Source of the DNA: Candidatus Buchananbacteria bacterium
Lineage (GTDB): Bacteria; Patescibacteriota; Patescibacteriia; Buchananbacterales; UBA6539
Reading direction: 5' to 3'
Assembly: GCA_016930315.1 (NCBI GenBank)
Contig: JAFGGX010000018.1
Span: forward strand, 1 to 45,119
Length of the DNA: 45,119 nt
Shown here: in pieces, positions 9,317-19,165 of the stretch
Layout: every line of letters starts with the position of its first letter
Numbering within the stretch: the stretch's first letter is position 1
Position numbers and translations under genes: made by a program
The notes under the pieces: generated by a model
What the model was told of the DNA's origin: nothing
Database searches by the model: none
What the model saw: only the letters and a program-made list of their open reading frames with translations

Positions 9317-9883
9317 ATGATAAGTGAATTACCAAAGCAAATCATTATTTTAGATACAGAGTACACGGCTTGGGAGGGGAGCTGGGAGAGGGATTGGAAA
9401 TTACCTGATGAACATCGAGAAATTGTCCAAGTCGCCGCTTTAAAGATTGATACTGAAAATTTAAGAGAGCTTGACAGTCTATCAATATTTGTTAGGCCGC
9501 GGATTAAAGATCAGCTTTCAGATTACTTTATTAATCTTACCGCCATTACTCAAGATCAGATTGATCGGCATGGAATAGATTTCGCCTTGGCTCTAGAAAA
9601 GTTTCAAAAATTTATTGGTGAGTTGAATGTTTATTCTTTTGGTGGTGACCAAAAAGTTTTTAAAGAGAATTGTGAGTTGTATAAAATCAAATATCCTTTC
9701 GATGATTCAAAATTTTTTGATATGCGTGATTATTTTATTGCTCGTGGGGTTGATGCGACTAAATATCAAAGTGGCAATATCACCGAAGCTTTTGGTATTG
9801 AACCGAAAGAGCGTGGTCACAATGCCTTGAATGATTGTCGCAGTATTGTTGATGGTTTGAAATTATTAAAGAATAAAAAATAA
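9317..9883 (+). CDS. DEDDh 3'-5' exonuclease (ERI-1/KapD-like)
   Basis: LDTEYT (ExoI), EIVQ, LTAITQ, HNALNDC (ExoIII). Confidence 0.85.
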   Translation: MISELPKQIIILDTEYTAWEGSWERDWKLPDEHREIVQVAALKIDTENLRELDSLSIFVRPRIKDQLSDYFINLTAITQDQIDRHGIDFALALEKFQKFIGELNVYSFGGDQKVFKENCELYKIKYPFDDSKFFDMRDYFIARGVDATKYQSGNITEAFGIEPKERGHNALNDCRSIVDGLKLLKNKK

Positions 9884-9895
9884 CTAGTAAAATCT

Positions 9896-10582
9896 ATGGA
9901 TTTAAAAGATAAGGTAGTAATTATTACCGGAGGAAGTAAAGGGTTGGGTTTGAGTTTGGCTAAAAAATTTATTAGAGCTGGCTCAAAAGTAATTATTGCC
10001 AGCCGCGATGAGGCAGAGTTAAAAAAAGTAGCTGAGCAAATCGGAGCAATTAGTCAGTTCGTTGATGTGACTGATGAAAGTTCGGTTCAGGCTTTAGCCG
10101 ATTTCGTGGTTAAAAAATTTGGGCGAATTGATGTTTGGGTTAATAATGCAGGAATTTGGTTGCCTCATGGCCCAATTGAAGATATGGATTTAAAGCGGGT
10201 TCACGACATGTTAGAAGTTAATTTATTTGGTACAATTTATGGTTCCAAATATGCTTTGCTACAAATGAAAAAACAAAAAGGTGGTACAATAGTCAACATT
10301 TTATCAACCAGTGCTTTGACCGGTCGTCCTTTTTCTTCCGGCTATTGTGCCAGTAAATATGCTGCCACCGGCTTTACAAAATCTTTGCGCTTAGAAGTAG
10401 AGTCAGATAATATTATGGTTGTAGCTGCTTACCCAGGCGGAATGCAGACTCATTTTTTTGACGAACAGAAACCGGAAAATTATGACGAATATATGTCACC
10501 AGATGAGGTGGCTGAAAAAATTGTTGCTAATTTGCAATCTAATCAGTTGGAATTAGAACAAGAAATCCGTAGGCAAAAATAA
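9896..10582 (+). CDS. Short-chain dehydrogenase/reductase
   Basis: TGGSKGLG, NNAG, YCASK catalytic motif. Confidence 0.92.
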   Translation: MDLKDKVVIITGGSKGLGLSLAKKFIRAGSKVIIASRDEAELKKVAEQIGAISQFVDVTDESSVQALADFVVKKFGRIDVWVNNAGIWLPHGPIEDMDLKRVHDMLEVNLFGTIYGSKYALLQMKKQKGGTIVNILSTSALTGRPFSSGYCASKYAATGFTKSLRLEVESDNIMVVAAYPGGMQTHFFDEQKPENYDEYMSPDEVAEKIVANLQSNQLELEQEIRRQK

Positions 10583-10589
10583 GTAAAAT

Positions 10590-10618
10590 TGAAATAAACT
10601 TCAATTTGCAGCGTATTA
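10590..10618 (+). promoter_or_regulatory. ECF sigma promoter, likely autoregulatory with a near-leaderless transcript
   Basis: TGAAAT-N16-CGTATTA, with CGTA 9 nt before the sigma ATG; the same motif recurs at 11925; resembles the SigW-type TGAAAC-N16-CGTA. Confidence 0.8.
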
Positions 10619-10624
10619 ATATAT

Positions 10625-11206
10625 ATGGCCGAAAATCTTGATTTTGCTACTAAAACCGACAACCAGCTTGTTGCCTTAACCCTGGCTAATCAGGATAATT
10701 TTTTGTATCTGGTTAATCGTTATGATCAAAAAATTTTGCGTTATATTTTACGGATTTCGAATGTCGACGCTGATTCGGCCCAGGATTTATTGCAAGAAAT
10801 TTTTATCAAGGCTTACCAAAATTTAAATAGTTTTGATCAAAATTTGAAATTTTCTTCTTGGCTTTATCGGATTGCTCACAACCACGTCATCAGCAGTTTT
10901 CGTAAAAATCAGGCTAGACCGCAAACGTTTAGTTTAGAAGTCAACGAACAGATTTTAGAAAATTTAGCCGACGATTCTTCTGTTGTTCAAAAAATTGATC
11001 AGCAATTTTTGAGAGATCATTTGGAAAAAATTTTAAATCGGCTTGATAAAAAATATCGCGAAGTAATTATTTTGCGTTATTTTGAAGATAAAGACTACAA
11101 AGAAATTTCTGATATCATTAGAAAACCGGTGGGAACGGTTGGCACACTAATTAATCGGGCTAAAAAACAAATAGAAGAAATTATCAAAAATTATGACCGA
11201 CAATAA
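10625..11206 (+). CDS. ECF RNA polymerase sigma factor (SigW-like)
   Basis: DLLQEIFIKAY, FSSWLYRIAHN (region 2); YKEIS…PVGTVGTLINRAK (region 4). Confidence 0.92.
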   Translation: MAENLDFATKTDNQLVALTLANQDNFLYLVNRYDQKILRYILRISNVDADSAQDLLQEIFIKAYQNLNSFDQNLKFSSWLYRIAHNHVISSFRKNQARPQTFSLEVNEQILENLADDSSVVQKIDQQFLRDHLEKILNRLDKKYREVIILRYFEDKDYKEISDIIRKPVGTVGTLINRAKKQIEEIIKNYDRQ

Positions 11207-11924
11207 AAATAACACTGGTCAAAAAATTTTAGATCAGATTAAAGAAAAGAATTTAAAACCAACGCCGCGCTGGGAATTTTTACTCAAAGATTATCTAGTT
11301 TGGGGTATTTTTGTTTTCGCCATTGTCATTGGCAGTTTGGCCACGGCGGTGATTATTTTTGTTTTTTCGCGTTCCGGTTGGCAGCTGTCTTTGTTAGATG
11401 ATGATACTTATTTGACTAATTTTTTATTGCTGATGCCGTATTTCTGGTTGTTGTTGATGATCATTTTTGTGGCAGTGGCTTTTTATAATTTCAAACACAC
11501 TAAAACCGGCTATCGTTACAATGCTTATTTGGTGGTTTTAACTAGCATTGTTTTAAGTTTAGTTTTTGGCAGTGGTATTTATGGGTTGGGTTTAGGTGAA
11601 AAATTTGAAGATATTTTTTATCAGCAAGTGCCTTTTTATCGTAATTTTGTAGAACATCGTTCCGAGATGTTTGTTCGACCAGAGCGGGGTCGGATCGCCG
11701 GCCGGGTGATCGAAATTACTCCTGATTACATCAAAGTTCAAGATTTTAAAGGTAATACTTGGCAGTTTACCACCACAACCGATGAACTTTCAATTGGCCA
11801 AAGAGTAATTATTTTTGGTCAAAGAAATGACCCCGATGATTTTTTACCAGATCAAATTCGGCCATGGTTTGGGCCGGGTCCGGAAATGATGCCGCCAGGT
11901 CGAATGATGCCACCGCGCTTTTGA
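11193..11924 (+). CDS. Putative membrane anti-sigma factor (3 TM plus extracellular OB-like domain)
   Basis: Overlaps the sigma stop codon; three hydrophobic helices; Met/Pro-rich tail. Confidence 0.6.
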   Translation: MTDNKNNTGQKILDQIKEKNLKPTPRWEFLLKDYLVWGIFVFAIVIGSLATAVIIFVFSRSGWQLSLLDDDTYLTNFLLLMPYFWLLLMIIFVAVAFYNFKHTKTGYRYNAYLVVLTSIVLSLVFGSGIYGLGLGEKFEDIFYQQVPFYRNFVEHRSEMFVRPERGRIAGRVIEITPDYIKVQDFKGNTWQFTTTTDELSIGQRVIIFGQRNDPDDFLPDQIRPWFGPGPEMMPPGRMMPPRF

Positions 11925-11953
11925 TGAAATAAAATTTTTTTAGGCGCGTATTA
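11925..11953 (+). promoter_or_regulatory. Second copy of the ECF promoter
   Basis: TGAAAT(AAA)-N16 spacing-CGTATTA, identical -35/-10 to the 10590 copy. Confidence 0.8.
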
Positions 11954-12032
11954 CTAGGCAGAGAGGGGCCCAAATGACAGTTGACAGTTTACTATTGACT
12001 GTTGACTCTAAAAAATAATCTATTATAAGCCT

Positions 12033-12659
12033 ATGAAAAAATCCTACTACGCAGTAGCTGCTGTGCTCGGTTTAATCATTACAACTGGTATAGTGGCTGC
12101 TACTAGTCTAGCCGCTGATTCTAATGTCAGCCAATTTAATCGAGGACCGAGATTTGATTCTCAAGCCCATCAATCTATTTTGCAGGCCTTGGAAAATCGA
12201 GATTACCAAGCCTGGAAAGAAGCGGTGGGCAACAATCCGATCGCTAATGTCATCACTCAAGATAATTTCGATCAATATGCCGAAATGCATGATTTAATGC
12301 AGGCGGGTAAAATTGATGAAGCCAAAGCGATCGCCGACCAATTAGGAATAAAAAATGGTTTTGGCATGATGGGTGGCCGCGGTTATGGTCTACAGATTGA
12401 TTCAGTCAAGCAGCAAGCTATCCAGCAGGCTTTGGATAATAAAGATTACACTGCTTGGAAAGCGGCGGTTGGTGATAATAAATTAACTCAAGCAATCACT
12501 GAAGACAATTTTGATCAGTATATGCAGATGCATGATTTGATCAAGCAAGGTCGAGAAAAATTTGATCAAGCTCAAACTATTGCCAGAACTCTCGGCTTGA
12601 ATGGTTTGGGTAGAGAAGCCGGCGGTCGAGGCATGGGCATGATGATGGGTTATCGTTAA
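12033..12659 (+). CDS. Secreted helical protein with two internal repeats and Gly/Met-rich linkers
   Basis: Signal peptide; QALENRDYQAWKEAVG…ITQDNFDQYAEMHDL and QALDNKDYTAWKAAVG…ITEDNFDQYMQMHDL; GMGMMMG tail. Confidence 0.8.
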   Translation: MKKSYYAVAAVLGLIITTGIVAATSLAADSNVSQFNRGPRFDSQAHQSILQALENRDYQAWKEAVGNNPIANVITQDNFDQYAEMHDLMQAGKIDEAKAIADQLGIKNGFGMMGGRGYGLQIDSVKQQAIQQALDNKDYTAWKAAVGDNKLTQAITEDNFDQYMQMHDLIKQGREKFDQAQTIARTLGLNGLGREAGGRGMGMMMGYR

Positions 12660-12724
12660 AAATTAAGCCAACTCAAAAATAAAATAATATAATCAAGATA
12701 ATAAAAATCTAATTACTAAGCAAG

Positions 12725-12755
12725 AAAGGTTCAACGAGAAAAGTTGACCTTTTTT
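12725..12755 (+). terminator. Intrinsic terminator
   Basis: AAAGGTTCAAC-GAGAAAA-GTTGACCTTTTTT. Confidence 0.7.
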
Positions 12756-12761
12756 GTCTGT

Positions 12762-12808
12762 AAAGGAAAACCGCGAGAGCATGACACGGTGTCAATCGCT
12801 CTCGCGGT
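12762..12808 (-). terminator. Intrinsic terminator of the minus-strand orphan gene
   Basis: ACCGCGAGAGC…GCTCTCGCGGT stem with an inner TGACAC/GTGTCA stem, followed by TTTCCTTT on the minus strand. Confidence 0.7.
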
Positions 12809-12830
12809 CTGAGTGGATTGCTCCAAAGAG

Positions 12831-13385
12831 CTAAAAGATCAGGCTTGCCACATCCCGACTTGTGAGAACTTCGCTCAGAAGGCGGTTTGTTGCACTGTTT
12901 TGGTGCCGGCCATTGGCTTCCTTAGCTTTTTCGATTTTTTTGATCGTAGAGCTAAGCCAGACAAATCTGGCAACCGTTTTCAGGAGGTCTTCAATGGCGT
13001 CTGCTAGGTGTTGAGTCGTGAAACTTTTTGCTCCACAGAAAGGTCCGAATTCGAACTTGAACAGAGTTCCTCCTGCCGGAAACTTCTGAATACCCAGGGC
13101 GTAGGCCTCGCAAGCTGTATGTCTGCTGCCAATAATCGGCAGATTGACGTCGGTTGTCAGGCTGATTGCCTTGAGATCTTGGACTTCACCGAGATTAAGG
13201 CCTTTGATCGGCAGGTCATCGTGCGCTGAGAAGGGGTTGGGGCCACAGAGTCTTTTTAAGTTCAAGATAAGCTGGCCCACAATGTAGCCATCTTCTCTTT
13301 CGCCTTCAAGCTCAATAACCTCGATAGGCCTTGGTCGATTTTGTGGTTGGCGGTACCGTCTGAATTCGAAAGTGAGGCAAAACAT
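12831..13385 (-). CDS. Hypothetical (orphan) protein, 184 aa
   Basis: Strong SD AAAGGAGG 7 nt before ATG; own promoter and terminator; no recognisable motif. Confidence 0.7.
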   Translation of the reverse strand: MFCLTFEFRRYRQPQNRPRPIEVIELEGEREDGYIVGQLILNLKRLCGPNPFSAHDDLPIKGLNLGEVQDLKAISLTTDVNLPIIGSRHTACEAYALGIQKFPAGGTLFKFEFGPFCGAKSFTTQHLADAIEDLLKTVARFVWLSSTIKKIEKAKEANGRHQNSATNRLLSEVLTSRDVASLIF

Positions 13386-13486
13386 GATGTTTCCTCCTTT
13401 CTGCCGCTGTTAAGCGGAACTACAGTATTTTTGGGCCTGTAGCACGCCAGATTTTGGACCGTTCAAAAGAGCGGTCAGCTGCCAGA

Positions 13487-13515
13487 ATCTTAGTATTATT
13501 TTTATAAAATTGCAA
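13487..13515 (-). promoter_or_regulatory. Sigma70 promoter of the orphan gene, followed by a boxA-like motif
   Basis: TTGCAA-N17-TAAGAT on the minus strand; GCTCTTTTGAA in a hairpin loop at 13462-13472. Confidence 0.6.
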
Positions 13516-13580
13516 GGATTTATCTAATGTTTTATTTTTATGCTATAATACGAACTCATCTATTTTTAAATGATTAAAAT

Positions 13581-14753
13581 ATGTCTATTCAAGAGGAATC
13601 ATTAGAAAAACATCAAGAATGGCAAGGAAAAATCGAGATGGTTAGCCGGGTGCCGGTTAAAGATAAACACGATTTATCGTTAGCTTACACGCCGGGTGTG
13701 GCTGAGGCTTGCTTGGCAATCCAAAAAGAACCAGACCTTTCTTATCAATACACGCGGCGCTGGAATACGGTGGCGGTGATTACCGATGGCACGGCAGTTT
13801 TAGGGTTGGGTGATATCGGCCCGGAAGCGGCCATGCCGGTGATGGAGGGCAAGGCCGTATTGCTTAAAACTTTCGGTAATGTTGATGCTATCCCATTGTG
13901 TCTGCGCACTAAAGACGTTGATCAGATAGTTGAAATTGTAAAATCGTTGGCCGGCAGTTTTGGCGGGGTGAATTTGGAAGATATTTCAGCGCCAAGATGT
14001 TTTGAAATTGAACGGCGATTAAAAAAGGAATGTGACATTCCAATTTTTCACGACGATCAGCACGGTACAGCCGTAGTTGTTTTGGCGGCGTTGATTAATG
14101 CTTTAAAAATTGTTAAAAAACAAATTGCCGATATTAAAGTGGTAATTAATGGTTCGGGCGCGGCTGGGATTGCAATTGCGCGCTTGTTGATTAGTAGAGG
14201 TTTAAGAGAGGTAATTTTGTGTGATACTAAAGGTGCAATTTATCAGGGCCGGGAAAATTTAAATGATGAAAAAATAGCAATGGCTAAAATTTCCAATCCA
14301 AATAAAATTGCCGGAACATTAAAAGAAGTTATTGCTAACGCTGATGTGTTTGTTGGTGTGTCAGCCCCAAATTCAGTTACGCCCGAGATGGTTAAAAGCA
14401 TGGCCAAAGATTCGATTATTTTTGCCATGGCTAACCCGACCCCAGAAATCATGCCAGAAGTGGCGAAGTCAGCCGGAGCAAAAATTGTTGGGACTGGCCG
14501 ATCGGATTTTGCTAATCAGATTAATAATGTTTTAGCTTTTCCGGGAATTTTTCGTGGTGCTTTGGATGTACGCGCTAGCGACATTAATGATGAAATGAAA
14601 ATCGCCGCGGCGGAAAAGTTAGCTTCGTTAGTTGGAGTGGAGGAGTTGAGTGAAGATTATATTTTGCCGGCTCCGTTTGATTCAAGAATTGCCAAGGCAG
14701 TAGCCGAAGCGGTTGCTAGAGAAGCTAGGGAATCTGGTGCAGCTAGAATTTAG
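13581..14753 (+). CDS. NAD(P)-dependent malic enzyme (small, YtsJ-type)
   Basis: [58 protein letters not shown]; TGCTATAAT upstream at 13541-13549. Confidence 0.93.
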   Translation: MSIQEESLEKHQEWQGKIEMVSRVPVKDKHDLSLAYTPGVAEACLAIQKEPDLSYQYTRRWNTVAVITDGTAVLGLGDIGPEAAMPVMEGKAVLLKTFGNVDAIPLCLRTKDVDQIVEIVKSLAGSFGGVNLEDISAPRCFEIERRLKKECDIPIFHDDQHGTAVVVLAALINALKIVKKQIADIKVVINGSGAAGIAIARLLISRGLREVILCDTKGAIYQGRENLNDEKIAMAKISNPNKIAGTLKEVIANADVFVGVSAPNSVTPEMVKSMAKDSIIFAMANPTPEIMPEVAKSAGAKIVGTGRSDFANQINNVLAFPGIFRGALDVRASDINDEMKIAAAEKLASLVGVEELSEDYILPAPFDSRIAKAVAEAVAREARESGAARI

Positions 14754-14763
14754 TTTTTAAGGT

Positions 14764-14817
14764 TTGACATTATTTTAAATTAATTATAATATAAACATAC
14801 CGACCGTCGGTATGTTT
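14764..14817 (+). promoter_or_regulatory. Sigma70 promoter and TetR operator
   Basis: TTGACA-N17-TAATAT, then a perfect palindrome AAACATACCGAC-C-GTCGGTATGTTT (14793-14817) ending 4 nt before the tetR ATG. Confidence 0.85.
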
Positions 14818-14821
14818 TAAT

Positions 14822-15520
14822 ATGAAAAAAAATACTCATTCTATCGAAACTAAAGATAAATTGGTCAAAACGGCCATGGCTCTTTTTTATCGCAATGGTT
14901 TTGATAAAACTTCAGTGGCGGAAATTGTTAAACAGGCTAAGGTTTCCAAGGGGGCATTTTATCATTATTTCGATACAAAAATTGATATTTTACGGTCAAT
15001 TGCTAATGCTAAAGCCAGAGAACTGACCGGAGTTATTCAAAAGATTGTTGATAACCAAAAATTAAACGCAATCGAAAAATTTAATCAGGTGATCAGAGAA
15101 GCTCAAATGTTCAAATTGGCTAACGTTTCTGAACATATGCAAATTTATAAAATTACTGAAAATGCCGAAAATGTTAGATTAAAAAAAGAAATGATGCAGG
15201 CCGTGGCTTTGGTTATCTCTCCACTATTAGAGAGGATTTTTCAGCAAGGGGTGAAGGAAAAATTTTTTGATACTGCTTATCCCAAAGAATTGGCAGTGAC
15301 TTATTTTGATATCGGGCTGGTCTTGAGTCAGCCGTTGGTAAAGTTAGCCATGGACTTGGATAAACGGCCGGAAAATGCTAAAATTATTAAACGTCAATTA
15401 TTGTTTTTTGAAGACTTTTTGACTCGAATTTTGGGGGCAAAATCTGGTGCGATTAAATTTGCCGACTTGGTTTATCAAAATTTATTAAAAAATAGAAAAA
15501 TATTAAAAAAATATAATTAA
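14822..15520 (+). CDS. TetR/AcrR family transcriptional regulator
   Basis: LFYRNGFDKTSVAEIVKQAKVSKGAFYHYFDTK HTH. Confidence 0.92.
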   Translation: MKKNTHSIETKDKLVKTAMALFYRNGFDKTSVAEIVKQAKVSKGAFYHYFDTKIDILRSIANAKARELTGVIQKIVDNQKLNAIEKFNQVIREAQMFKLANVSEHMQIYKITENAENVRLKKEMMQAVALVISPLLERIFQQGVKEKFFDTAYPKELAVTYFDIGLVLSQPLVKLAMDLDKRPENAKIIKRQLLFFEDFLTRILGAKSGAIKFADLVYQNLLKNRKILKKYN

Positions 15521-15522
15521 AT

Positions 15523-17169
15523 ATGAAGAAACTTTTCAAGTCAAAAATTTTTTGGGGGGTGGTGGTGGTTTTAATCGTTGTGATAATTCTTATTGTCCGA
15601 TCGATAAACTCGGGCACCAAGCAGACCTATGTTACCGAAGAGGCTAAAATTGGTAATATCGTCCAGACAGTCTCGGCTACCGGGCAAATTAAGTCGGCTT
15701 CAGAAATTGAATTGAATTTTAAAAATACTGGTCAATTGGCTGTCTTGAATGTCAAGAAAGGCGATGAAGTAAAAAGTGGCCAGGTTTTAGCTCAGCTTAA
15801 ATCCACTAATTCATCAATTAGTATTACCAGCGCTCAAGCTGATTTGTTAGAAGCACGGGCCAATCTAGACAAAGCGATCGCCGGCGTAACCCAGGAAGAA
15901 ATTGATGTGGCTAAGGCAGCCGTTGATACAGCCAAAACCGATTTAGCTAATGCCGAAAAAACTTATAGCCAAGCAATCGAAAACGCTAAACAGGATGCTT
16001 TAACCAACGTTAATTTGGCTTTAACCAAATCAAGGATTGCTCTGCAGCAAGTTAATGACACTATTATTTATAAAGGCGATCCTGCTAATTTTAATACTTC
16101 TAATCCAAGTCTAGAAATTAAAGTTGAAAATGGTTATCAGGCTGGTTTGATTGCAATCAATGCCGCTAACACTTCTTATCAATCAGCTCAGGCTAGTTTA
16201 TCGGATGTGGCGGTGGACCAGGCCATTAGCGATGGATTATTGGCAATTGATAAGACGGAAACTAATTTGGATGATTTGGGAGATTTGCTCGATTATGTCA
16301 TCACCGACTCAACCATCACTCAAACCGTTTTGGACACGATGAAAACCAGCATTAATACTCAGCGCACCACCATTGATAGTAGTTTAAGTACAGTTCAAAC
16401 CTATAAGCAGAATTTAGCGGATGCAAAGATTACTTATCAAACTAAAGTTTCTGCTGCTCAAAAAAATTTGGAATCAGCCGAAGCGTCTTTGGCCTTAAAA
16501 CAGGCTCCGTCAAGACCGGAAGATATTGCTTTGTATCAAGCTAGGGTAAAGCGCGCGCAAGCTAATCTAAGTTTGGCGCAAGACCAATATAATGACACAA
16601 TTTTGCGCGCGCCGATTGATGGCATAATTACTGAAACCAATTTTTCGGTTGGCGAGCAGACCAATTTGAGTAAACCGGTAATTAAGATGTTAGCCAATCA
16701 AAATTATGAAATTGAAGTTGATATTCCAGAATCTGACATTGCCAAATTAATCGTTGGCGATTCAGCCAGCATCACATTGGATGCTTTTACCGAAGACGAT
16801 ATTTTTGCCGGCACGGTTACCACAATTAATCCGGCTCAAACTGATATTCAAGATGTGGTTTACTATAAAGTGACAGTGATATTTAGCCCAGACCAGTCGG
16901 AAGCAATTATGAATTTGATGGATAAAATTAAACCGGGCATGACTGCCAATGTCGATATTAAAACTGCCGAAAAAGATGATGTATTAATTATTCCATTGCG
17001 AGCAGTCAAAGAAGACGGCGGCATCAAAACAGTCAGCGTTTTAGCAGCCGACAATCAAGTTAAAGATTTCACGGTTGAAACCGGCTTGCGAGGCGACGAA
17101 GGCTTGGTAGAAATCACCAATGGTTTAAAGGCCGGTGATCAAGTTATTACTTATACCAAGAACCAATAA
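15523..17169 (+). CDS. Efflux periplasmic adaptor (MacA/HlyD-like) with an extended coiled coil
   Basis: N-terminal TM; lipoyl halves (VKKGDEVKSGQVLA…LRAPIDGII); IKPGMTANVDI; GLKAGDQV. Confidence 0.88.
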   Translation: MKKLFKSKIFWGVVVVLIVVIILIVRSINSGTKQTYVTEEAKIGNIVQTVSATGQIKSASEIELNFKNTGQLAVLNVKKGDEVKSGQVLAQLKSTNSSISITSAQADLLEARANLDKAIAGVTQEEIDVAKAAVDTAKTDLANAEKTYSQAIENAKQDALTNVNLALTKSRIALQQVNDTIIYKGDPANFNTSNPSLEIKVENGYQAGLIAINAANTSYQSAQASLSDVAVDQAISDGLLAIDKTETNLDDLGDLLDYVITDSTITQTVLDTMKTSINTQRTTIDSSLSTVQTYKQNLADAKITYQTKVSAAQKNLESAEASLALKQAPSRPEDIALYQARVKRAQANLSLAQDQYNDTILRAPIDGIITETNFSVGEQTNLSKPVIKMLANQNYEIEVDIPESDIAKLIVGDSASITLDAFTEDDIFAGTVTTINPAQTDIQDVVYYKVTVIFSPDQSEAIMNLMDKIKPGMTANVDIKTAEKDDVLIIPLRAVKEDGGIKTVSVLAADNQVKDFTVETGLRGDEGLVEITNGLKAGDQVITYTKNQ

Positions 17170-17173
17170 AATT

Positions 17174-17905
17174 ATGGCCGATGAAGTTTTGATTCAAATC
17201 AAAGACCTGAAAAAAGATTACGTAACTGGTGAGGTGGTTACCCCGGTTTTAAAGGGGTTGAATTTCGAAGTTAAAAAAGGAGAATTCCTGGCGATCATGG
17301 GCCCGTCCGGGTCTGGTAAGTCAACTTTAATGCATATCTTGGGTTTTTTGGATAAATTAACTACTGGACAGTATTTGTTTGAAGATCACAACATCGTGGA
17401 ATTTGATGATGATGAATTGGCGCGATTACGCAATGCCGAGATTGGTTTTATTTTTCAGAGTTATAATTTGTTACCAAAAACCACGGTTTTAGATAATGTC
17501 AAACTACCTTTAATTTATGCTAAAAATGTCAGCGCCAAGCAAGCCGACCAACGCGCTACTAAAGCAATTGAATCAGTTGGTTTAACTCATCGAATCCATC
17601 ATTATTCCAATCAACTTTCTGGTGGTGAACAACAACGAGTGGCGATTGCTCGAGCGTTAGTTAATGATCCGGCTGTTGTTTTTGCCGATGAGCCAACCGG
17701 CAATTTGGATTCAAAATCCGGCACTCAAGTCATGAATATTATTCAGGGTTTAAATGATTTAGGTAAAACTGTGATTTTAGTGACTCACGAGCAAGATACC
17801 GCTGAGCACGCTAAAAGAATTATTATGGTTAGAGATGGTTTAATCGTTAGCGACCAGCCGGTCTCACGTCAGCGCTTGGCTTCGGACGGTGAATTAAGAA
17901 AATAG
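17174..17905 (+). CDS. ABC transporter ATP-binding protein (MacB/LolD-like)
   Basis: [30 protein letters not shown]; ATG at 17174 preferred over the upstream GTG. Confidence 0.93.
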   Translation: MADEVLIQIKDLKKDYVTGEVVTPVLKGLNFEVKKGEFLAIMGPSGSGKSTLMHILGFLDKLTTGQYLFEDHNIVEFDDDELARLRNAEIGFIFQSYNLLPKTTVLDNVKLPLIYAKNVSAKQADQRATKAIESVGLTHRIHHYSNQLSGGEQQRVAIARALVNDPAVVFADEPTGNLDSKSGTQVMNIIQGLNDLGKTVILVTHEQDTAEHAKRIIMVRDGLIVSDQPVSRQRLASDGELRK

Positions 17906-17920
17906 AATTAAGCTAATTCT

Positions 17921-19162
17921 ATGCGCATTGACCAAAGCATTAAAAATAGTTTCAAAAATTTGAGAGCGCATAAATTGCGTTCATTTTTAACGACGTTAGG
18001 GATGGTTATCGGTATTGCTTCGGTGATGTTAATTATGTCAATTGGCGCTGGTGTGCAAAGTTTAATTTTGGGTGAAATCCAAAGTGTTGGGTCTAATTTA
18101 GTTGGGGTTTTACCAGGTGCCTCTGACGAAAATGGTCCGCCGGCTTCAGTGATGGGAGTGGTGGTCACTACTTTAATTTACGACGATGCTAAAGCGATTG
18201 GCCAAAAACAAAATGTACCCCACGCCACGGCTGTATCTTCTTATGTCCGAGGAGCGGGGACGATCCAATATCGAAATCAAGATATCAGTTCAAACTTTAC
18301 CGGCACAACCGCCAGCTATTTGGAAGTTGAAAGCGCTGACGTGGCCGAAGGTCATTTTTTTGATGAATCGGATGAGCGGGGAATTAGTCGAGTGGCAGTT
18401 TTGGGCAGTAGTGTAGCTGACGATTTATTTGCCGGTCAGGATCCAATTGGTAAAGAAATTAAAATTAAAAAGCAACTCTTTAAAGTAATTGGAGTGATGA
18501 AAGAGCGGGGGACGGTTTTTTTTGTTAATCAAGATGACCAGGTTTTTATTCCGTTGGAAACCGCTCAAAAAATTTTATTAGGCATAAATCATCTTAATTT
18601 TATTCGAGTTAAAATTGACAAAGTCGACAATCTCGACCAGTCGGTTGAAGATATAAAAATGACTTTGCGTGAACGTCACGACATCACCGACCCGAGTCAA
18701 GACGATTTTTCGGTTCGCAATACTCAGCAGGCGTTAGATGTCTTAACTCAAGTTACCGACGCTTTAAAGTTTTTTCTTGTTGCTATTGCCGGCATTGCTT
18801 TGTTGGTCGGTGGAATTGGGATTATGAATGTAATGTTAGTGGCCGTTAATGAACGAATTAAAGAGATTGGTTTACGCAAGGCGGTCGGGGCAACCAAAGG
18901 CGGAATTTTGACTCAATTTTTGGTTGAGACAATCGTGGTTTCTTTGGTGGGCGGCGTAATTGGTATTTTAATTGGTTTAATTATTTCTGGTTTAGTGGCT
19001 ATTGTCATTAATTTTTTGGGTTATAATTGGCCATTTGTAGTGCCAATTAGTGCCATTATTTTAGCCAGCAGCTTTTCTTTGGCAGTTGGCTTGATTTTTG
19101 GTCTTTATCCAGCCTGGAAAGCCGCTAAACTTGATCCAATCACCGCTTTAAGATACGAATAA
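17921..19162 (+). CDS. MacB/FtsX-like ABC permease 1
   Basis: RSFLTTLGMVIGI, VGGIGIMNVML..V.ER.KEIGLRKAVGA, PAWKAAKLDPITALRYE. Confidence 0.92.
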   Translation: MRIDQSIKNSFKNLRAHKLRSFLTTLGMVIGIASVMLIMSIGAGVQSLILGEIQSVGSNLVGVLPGASDENGPPASVMGVVVTTLIYDDAKAIGQKQNVPHATAVSSYVRGAGTIQYRNQDISSNFTGTTASYLEVESADVAEGHFFDESDERGISRVAVLGSSVADDLFAGQDPIGKEIKIKKQLFKVIGVMKERGTVFFVNQDDQVFIPLETAQKILLGINHLNFIRVKIDKVDNLDQSVEDIKMTLRERHDITDPSQDDFSVRNTQQALDVLTQVTDALKFFLVAIAGIALLVGGIGIMNVMLVAVNERIKEIGLRKAVGATKGGILTQFLVETIVVSLVGGVIGILIGLIISGLVAIVINFLGYNWPFVVPISAIILASSFSLAVGLIFGLYPAWKAAKLDPITALRYE

Positions 19163-19165
19163 TTT

